From positions 28,766 through 92,765 of IMG/VR virus record IMGVR_UViG_3300047564_003078: a stretch of DNA of 64,000 nucleotides; one strand, written 5' to 3'. The notes below the pieces were generated by a model, which saw only the letters and a list, made by a program, of their open reading frames with translations, had not been told where the DNA came from and made no database searches. Below are positions 58,626 through 64,000 of the stretch, one piece after another (positions within the stretch are counted from its first letter, which is position 1; each line of letters starts with the position of its first letter). The DNA comes from a virus. Made by a program: the position numbers and the translations under genes.

Positions 58626-58954
58626 TGGATAAAGAAAATAGCCTATACCTGCATAATTTGGCTACAAAGGTTCAATATTATCACAATATTAGAAAAAAAG
58701 CAATCAAATATATCAACGATAACAATCTGTTGAAAAACAAAGATTTATGTGTAAGTGTTATGCTGACCAGTGCATTGTGGGCTGCACATAAACGAAAAGA
58801 AACTTTGGACGCAGACGATCTAATGATCTTTTTTGGATTAGAAACCATTGACAAAGATTCTGATATCCTAGAACCGTTGGTGTTATCTGAAGAACATCAA
58901 AATTTAACATTAAAGCAATTGCAAGACATTACAGTACAATCTTTCAAAGCTTAA
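58625..58954 (+). CDS. hypothetical protein
   Basis: Coupled ORF. Confidence 0.5.
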   Translation: MDKENSLYLHNLATKVQYYHNIRKKAIKYINDNNLLKNKDLCVSVMLTSALWAAHKRKETLDADDLMIFFGLETIDKDSDILEPLVLSEEHQNLTLKQLQDITVQSFKA

Positions 58955-58991
58955 TGTTAGCGTTATAACTGTATTAATCAGTAAATATGTT

Positions 58992-59183
58992 ATGACATTG
59001 TATGAACGCAAAGAAGCCAATAGATACTATTGGATTGTTAAAGGGCATTTGATTCCAGATGCATGGCCTGAAAAAGACATCCTAAGTGTGTATAACAGTT
59101 ACTTTGAGCGTATCTGGGGCAATCACGAAAACGTTGTACACGAAGATGGCTTCGAGGAAGCATGGAGGAAAAAACATGGTTAG
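58992..59183 (+). CDS. hypothetical protein
   Basis: 63-aa ORF. Confidence 0.5.
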   Translation: MTLYERKEANRYYWIVKGHLIPDAWPEKDILSVYNSYFERIWGNHENVVHEDGFEEAWRKKHG

Positions 59184-59352
59184 TAGAGATTTTGGAAATC
59201 TTTCAGAAGACGATCTAAGACTACTAGAAGAAATAGTAGCCAAAGAGTTTGCAGCAGCTAAATCAGAACATTCAGCTAGCAGTCCTCGTTTACTACGAAT
59301 ATACAATGCGTTGCGAAGCCAAAGAAATCTCTTGACAATGCCCAAATGGTAG
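59176..59352 (+). CDS. hypothetical protein
   Basis: GGAGG RBS before ATG 59176. Confidence 0.45.
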   Translation: MVSRDFGNLSEDDLRLLEEIVAKEFAAAKSEHSASSPRLLRIYNALRSQRNLLTMPKW

Positions 59353-59382
59353 TATACATTTATACTACGATGTGAACGAAGC

Positions 59383-59634
59383 ATGAGGGCAACTGTGGCT
59401 AAGAAGTTTGCTAAACGTTACTTGAAACCTGCGGATTGGACTTTCAAAGGCAATCTGTTGGTAGGCACTGAATGGAGTGTAGCAGGTACTAAAGCAGGCA
59501 GTAGTTACACAGTTGCCCTTACCGAACAAGGGTTCACTTGCGATTGCACAGGATTTACCTTCCATGGCAAGTGCAAGCACAGCGAAACTATTTTACAAGC
59601 CTTTGATATCGAACAAAACTATCTGGTCGCATAA
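59383..59634 (+). CDS. SWIM zinc-finger protein
   Basis: Y.V...TCDC.GF....CKH. Confidence 0.75.
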   Translation: MRATVAKKFAKRYLKPADWTFKGNLLVGTEWSVAGTKAGSSYTVALTEQGFTCDCTGFTFHGKCKHSETILQAFDIEQNYLVA

Positions 59635-59683
59635 TCCTACAACAGTGCTATATTAAATTATAACGCAACAGAGGAACACGGAC

Positions 59684-59905
59684 ATGATGCAGTTTGAAAC
59701 CGTCAACAAAGATCACTTCGTCGCTACCAATAGTATCAAATCAGTTCGTATCTCAAAAGTGTACGGCGGACAATGGATGCTGTTTACGCCCGAAGGTCGT
59801 CTGCTTGATGACTTTACTTCGGCCGGTCCGTTTGTAGACTTTGAAGCTGCAAAGCGTAACGCCGAAATGAATGTTGGAATGAAAATGAACTGGGAGGATT
59901 TTTGA
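59684..59905 (+). CDS. hypothetical early protein
   Basis: Preceded by GCTATATTAAA..GCAACAGAGGA, resembling the cassette leader. Confidence 0.55.
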   Translation: MMQFETVNKDHFVATNSIKSVRISKVYGGQWMLFTPEGRLLDDFTSAGPFVDFEAAKRNAEMNVGMKMNWEDF

Positions 59906-60357
59906 TGCTGATTGTATTTGACATCGACGGCACACTGGCTAACATCGAACACCGGCTGGACTACGTTCGTAGCAAGCCAAAGAACTGGAAGGCATTTGAT
60001 GCTGGTATTCCAAACGATGCTGTGAATCCGCATGTTGCAGAAGTGTTTTTTGCACTGCGTAATGATGGTCATGATATCATCTTTGCTAGCGGTCGTAACG
60101 AGCGTAGTCGTGATGCGACTGTTGATTGGCTTGATCGCAAGGGTTTCTGGTGTGCAGATTCGTCAAAACTCTACATGCGTAAGGCAGACGACTTCCGCAG
60201 CGATGACATTGTGAAGCTGGAAATCCTGGACGAGATTGTTGCTGACTGGGGACGCAAGCCCGACATGGTTTTCGACGATAGACCCAGGGTGGTTAGAGCT
60301 TGGCGTTCGCAAGGTATCTTTGTGTTCAACGTATACCAAGGTGAGGAGGACTTCTGA
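59902..60357 (+). CDS. polynucleotide 3'-phosphatase (PseT C-terminal HAD domain)
   Basis: FDIDGT, SGR, LYMR...DFR.D..VK and FDDR motifs. Confidence 0.85.
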   Translation: MMLIVFDIDGTLANIEHRLDYVRSKPKNWKAFDAGIPNDAVNPHVAEVFFALRNDGHDIIFASGRNERSRDATVDWLDRKGFWCADSSKLYMRKADDFRSDDIVKLEILDEIVADWGRKPDMVFDDRPRVVRAWRSQGIFVFNVYQGEEDF

Positions 60358-60569
60358 TGGAATTCAAAATTAATGTAAGCCGCGATAATCTTTACATTGC
60401 GGCAATCATGTTTATGGTTGGGGCATTCACGCACTCTATGCTGGATTATCTTGGTACGCCAACTGTAGAAGAAATTGCGGCGTGGAAAGCAAAAGAAGAA
60501 CTCGAAATGGAAACTGAAGCTAAAATGGCTGAGATTTTGCTTCAAGCAAGGTGCACGAACAATGACTAA
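60357..60569 (+). CDS. small membrane-anchored protein
   Basis: Coupled ORF with one TM. Confidence 0.45.
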   Translation: MEFKINVSRDNLYIAAIMFMVGAFTHSMLDYLGTPTVEEIAAWKAKEELEMETEAKMAEILLQARCTNND

Positions 60570-61089
60570 ACCAGTTTGTTATGTGATGGTCGGCCTGCCA
60601 GCTTGTGGTAAAAGCACTCTAGTGAACCGAGTAATTCGAGATATGGGCGATCACGGCGATAGGGCGTTTGTTTACAGCACTGACAACTATATTGAACAGT
60701 GTGCTAACCAAAATGGCTGGACTTACGATCAGGCGTTTGCTGAGTTTATCGAGCCTGCTACCAAACACATGAACGAACAGCTTGATATTGCCGTTCGCAA
60801 TCGGCAAGATGTCGTTTGGGATCAGACAAATTTATCAATCAAGAAGCGAGCCAAGATCATCAATCGTATGCGTAACGCTGGCTATCGTGTTGAGTGCGAG
60901 TGCATCCTGCTGCCTGCGGGTGACAGCCAGTGGGAAGATTGGCAGTGGCGTATGCGTAGTCGTCCAGGCAAAACTATTCCTGCTCATGTTGTTGAATCAA
61001 TGATGGATAGTTTTGTTCGTCCTACTGTAGAAGAAGGCTTTGATGCTGTCCGCTGCTACGACATGTATGGCAACAGTATCAGTGGTTGA
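60562..61089 (+). CDS. AAA_33 polynucleotide kinase-like P-loop kinase
   Basis: VMVGLPACGKST, STD, WDQTN and R..RPGK.IP motifs. Confidence 0.8.
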   Translation: MTKPVCYVMVGLPACGKSTLVNRVIRDMGDHGDRAFVYSTDNYIEQCANQNGWTYDQAFAEFIEPATKHMNEQLDIAVRNRQDVVWDQTNLSIKKRAKIINRMRNAGYRVECECILLPAGDSQWEDWQWRMRSRPGKTIPAHVVESMMDSFVRPTVEEGFDAVRCYDMYGNSISG

Positions 61090-61389
61090 CAACAGTCTAC
61101 TCTTGTGCTATTGTATAAGAGTAGAAACACTATACAGGACACTGAATATGGTTATTTCTAAAAAACGACTGAACACACAGATGATTAACTGGCTTAAGAA
61201 TCTCTTTAAAGTAAAAACGTGTAAGCACGATGGGTGTGGTTATCTGCAGCCTAACGTGCATGATCACAAATGTGCAATCTGTCGGCTTCCGATGGGTGAA
61301 TAAATTATAGGATCGTTGCTGGCCTCGCCGAAGAAGAATACCGTAAAGTTAAAGAACCCGCTCCGTTCTGATAGTATAAGGCTAAAATC

Positions 61390-62523
61390 ATGAACTACCG
61401 TTTTCCTGAGATCCGTCACATCAGTGATGTGCTGCCGCACGTAGAAGGCCGTGACGAATTTGTCGTAGCCGAACGTGAAGGCTACACTGTGATCAACTAT
61501 GTTGTGGCTATGGCCGATACCTTTGACATGACCGGCCCAGACGACTTGGGCGGTGCGATTCGTCGTGAATGCCGCGGTCTTATCTTTGACCGTGCGGGCA
61601 ACTTAATGAGCCGTCCGTTCCACAAGTTCTTCAACGTGAACGAGCGTGAAGAGACTCAGACTCATGCTGTTGACATGTCACAGCCGCACGTGATCATGGA
61701 AAAGATGGATGGTAGTATGATCCGTCCTATCCTTGTTGATGGGCACCTGCGACTGGCTACCAAGATGGGTGTGACGTCAGTTGCTATGGATGCCGAGGCG
61801 TGGCTTGCTGCTCAGGACCGCAGATTGAAGGAATGGCTTCGCACTATGGTCGATCTTGGATTAACTCCGCTGTTTGAGTGGGTAAGCCCGTTTAACCAGA
61901 TTGTGCTGGCTTATGAGGCAGCAGATCTAGTGTATCTTGGTACTCGTGACAACTTGACTGGCGAATATGCAATGGATATCTCTTGTCCGTTCAACACTGT
62001 TACGCAGTATGGTAGTGTAGCAGGCAATCTTGTTGACTACATTGCTCGTCAGCGTGGTGCAGAAGGTCGTGAAGGCGACATCATCCGCTTTGCAGATGGT
62101 CACATGCTGAAGGTGAAGAACGACTGGTATGTGCGTATCCACAAGACTGTGGATCGTATTGTGTTTGATCGTAACATTGTGAACTTGATCCTCAACGAAG
62201 AAGTCGACGATGTGGTTCCGATGTTACCTGTTATTCAGGCTAACCGTGTTCGTAACTTTGAAATTCGCTTTGCGGAACGTCTGCACGCCACTGTGGAAAA
62301 GTATGATCGTTACTGGAACACTGTGGTTGCGTCAGGGCTTGATCGCAAGCGTTATGCACAGGAGTGGATGCCTACGATCAAGAACAACGATCCGTTTGCG
62401 GCTGCGTATGTGTTTGGTCGTTTTGGTGATCGTGACGGTCGTGCTATGATATTGGATCACATTGAAAAGTCAATCACTACCAACGTTCGATGGGACGAAT
62501 GTGCAGCTTGGATGGGCATGTAA
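61390..62523 (+). CDS. T4 Rnl1-like RNA ligase
   Basis: RECRGLIF, RPFHKFFN, motif I EKMDGS, FEW, EG and KVK..WY. Confidence 0.9.
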   Translation: MNYRFPEIRHISDVLPHVEGRDEFVVAEREGYTVINYVVAMADTFDMTGPDDLGGAIRRECRGLIFDRAGNLMSRPFHKFFNVNEREETQTHAVDMSQPHVIMEKMDGSMIRPILVDGHLRLATKMGVTSVAMDAEAWLAAQDRRLKEWLRTMVDLGLTPLFEWVSPFNQIVLAYEAADLVYLGTRDNLTGEYAMDISCPFNTVTQYGSVAGNLVDYIARQRGAEGREGDIIRFADGHMLKVKNDWYVRIHKTVDRIVFDRNIVNLILNEEVDDVVPMLPVIQANRVRNFEIRFAERLHATVEKYDRYWNTVVASGLDRKRYAQEWMPTIKNNDPFAAAYVFGRFGDRDGRAMILDHIEKSITTNVRWDECAAWMGM

Positions 62524-62610
62524 ACACTTGAAAACGCAGGAAACTAAATTCTTGCGTTTTCTCTTAACTGTGTTATATTATTAGTATAAACCGATACACG
62601 GAGATATACA

Positions 62611-62931
62611 ATGGGTATTGTTGATTCACTGAAATGGCTGTGGGATCCTCGCAGCGAAGAACAAAAACGCTACGACGAAGATCCTCTACAACGTCATACT
62701 CAAACTCTGCACATCTATATCAAAGATGTGCCAGACCCGTTTGTTCGTGTGTTGGATTATGAAGATACCAGATTCGGAAGTCTTGGTGTGTTTAGGGTTG
62801 ACCTTGGCCGGAATGTTCAAGAATGGCTCAGCAATCGCGGCAGTAAAGGCGTAACAATCGACCAAGTTTGGTACGCACCTGATCAGATTGTGCGTATTGA
62901 AATTGGCGAACACACTGTGGAGTTGATCTAA
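62611..62931 (+). CDS. hypothetical protein
   Basis: GGAG RBS. Confidence 0.55.
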   Translation: MGIVDSLKWLWDPRSEEQKRYDEDPLQRHTQTLHIYIKDVPDPFVRVLDYEDTRFGSLGVFRVDLGRNVQEWLSNRGSKGVTIDQVWYAPDQIVRIEIGEHTVELI

Positions 62932-63095
62932 TGGAAGCACTGGCAATCCTTTTTGCAGGCTATGTAATTGCAGATGCTATCTTGTTTGTGAACGGGTACA
63001 AGAGTTGGAACTTTTTTGCAAAAACTGAACAGGAAAAGTCTGTTCGTCGTACATGGTTTAAAGATCGCGGTCTTGAATGGGATGAAAAACAATGA
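62931..63095 (+). CDS. small membrane protein (54 aa)
   Basis: Adjoins neighbours on both sides. Confidence 0.45.
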   Translation: MEALAILFAGYVIADAILFVNGYKSWNFFAKTEQEKSVRRTWFKDRGLEWDEKQ

Positions 63096-63481
63096 AGCGT
63101 AAGTTTAGTCAACAGTTGATTTGGAAGGCACAGGAGTTTGCTCGTGCTGCTAAAGAGGAACTAGGCGAAGAACTAGGTGACGAGCGTGTATGTGCTATGT
63201 TTGACGCTTTTGATCCTGGTCTGCAACGACAGATGTTTATGGAACTGCTGATGGGCCATTCAGGTGGCACTATGCGTGTTCGTGCTGTGTGGCCGGATGG
63301 GAAGCAAAAGATCAATGCTATCAAAGCTGTTCGTACGGTGACACACTTTGGACTTCGAGAAGCGAAGGATGTAATCGATACTGCTGAAATTGGTGTTGCT
63401 GTTATTGATGGCAACTGGAGCACTGAAGATTATAACCAACTCAAACGAGAGTTGATCAACACAGGATACGAACTACTATGA
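63092..63481 (+). CDS. protein with ribosomal bL12 (L7/L12) C-terminal domain
   Basis: KINAIKAVRTVTHFGLREAKDVID. Confidence 0.75.
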   Translation: MKRKFSQQLIWKAQEFARAAKEELGEELGDERVCAMFDAFDPGLQRQMFMELLMGHSGGTMRVRAVWPDGKQKINAIKAVRTVTHFGLREAKDVIDTAEIGVAVIDGNWSTEDYNQLKRELINTGYELL

Positions 63482-63714
63482 CTTATTGGGCTACACTTTG
63501 GTATGCTGGTGCAGTTGTTCTACAACTGGGCAGCGAAGGACAAAACCTCAATGATTGCGAAATGCTCACAACTATGATGCTCACTGACATCAAGCAGAGT
63601 TATGCGGATCCTGTGTTGAAAGCACAGTTGGATTTGAGCATGTTTCCCACTGACGAGTTTGATGCAACCTGTGAAACTGAACAACTGGCAACAGACGAGA
63701 AATACGCACAATGA
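63478..63714 (+). CDS. hypothetical protein
   Basis: ATGA-coupled. Confidence 0.5.
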   Translation: MTYWATLWYAGAVVLQLGSEGQNLNDCEMLTTMMLTDIKQSYADPVLKAQLDLSMFPTDEFDATCETEQLATDEKYAQ

Positions 63715-63869
63715 CATTTGAAGAATGGTTTGAAGCGAATCGAGACGAACTTGCTACACTGTTGCGAAACGACGATGTAGAAGTTCTTTACAAAGCCTGG
63801 CTTGCTGGATACCAAGCAGGTTTAAATGAAATGGGCAAGTTTGCAAAAGAACTATGGAGTTTGAAATGA
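63711..63869 (+). CDS. hypothetical protein (52 aa)
   Basis: MTFEEWF..AWLAGY; ATGA-coupled. Confidence 0.5.
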   Translation: MTFEEWFEANRDELATLLRNDDVEVLYKAWLAGYQAGLNEMGKFAKELWSLK

Positions 63870-64000
63870 CCTGGACACTGTTTTTAGATGACATTCGTTT
63901 CCCTGCTGATGTGCGTTACAACTACGGACCTTACAAAAACGTAGTGATCTGCCGCAGCATGGATGATGCTGTTTGGTGTGTGGAAAAGTATGGCTTGCCC
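63866..64000 (+). CDS. cyclic-phosphate-processing receiver-domain protein (3' truncated)
   Basis: LFLDDIRFP....RS...A......GLP. Confidence 0.6.
   Translation, partial: MTWTLFLDDIRFPADVRYNYGPYKNVVICRSMDDAVWCVEKYGLP

Overview
This window is a 64 kb segment of a large lytic tailed dsDNA phage with T4-like replication and late-promoter features. The host is most likely an alphaproteobacterium (inferred from HemA-type ALA synthase, DUF1127/DUF3563 small proteins and a Pho-box-preceded pstS). Layout: (i) 1-20 kb, AT-rich glycan/Kdo genes interleaved with replication genes (UvsW-like helicase, clamp-loader-like subunit, a 189-aa miniature DnaE, primase, DnaB-like helicase). (ii) About 21.8-31.3 kb, a visibly GC-richer segment of roughly 25 short minus-strand ORFs plus 3 tRNAs. 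It is organised as 16 units, each with its own copy of a conserved sigma70-type promoter/leader. It is bounded by inverted arrays of a 22-bp repeat, has a repeat-dense non-coding hub at its right end (divergent promoter, 5 palindromes, 5 IHF-like sites), and is flanked by Lys-depleted genes. (iii) 32-53 kb, auxiliary and late/virion genes, including a probable -1 frameshift at 50332-50338. (iv) 53-64 kb, nrdAB/glutaredoxin and an RNA-repair module. The most striking items are the bounded promoter-cassette segment (candidate terminal repeat or host-takeover module), a three-hairpin GCCCUC-loop small RNA inside it, the mini-DnaE, the frameshift and a phage Kdo glycosylation pathway. All protein calls come from motif recognition by eye; no database search was run.
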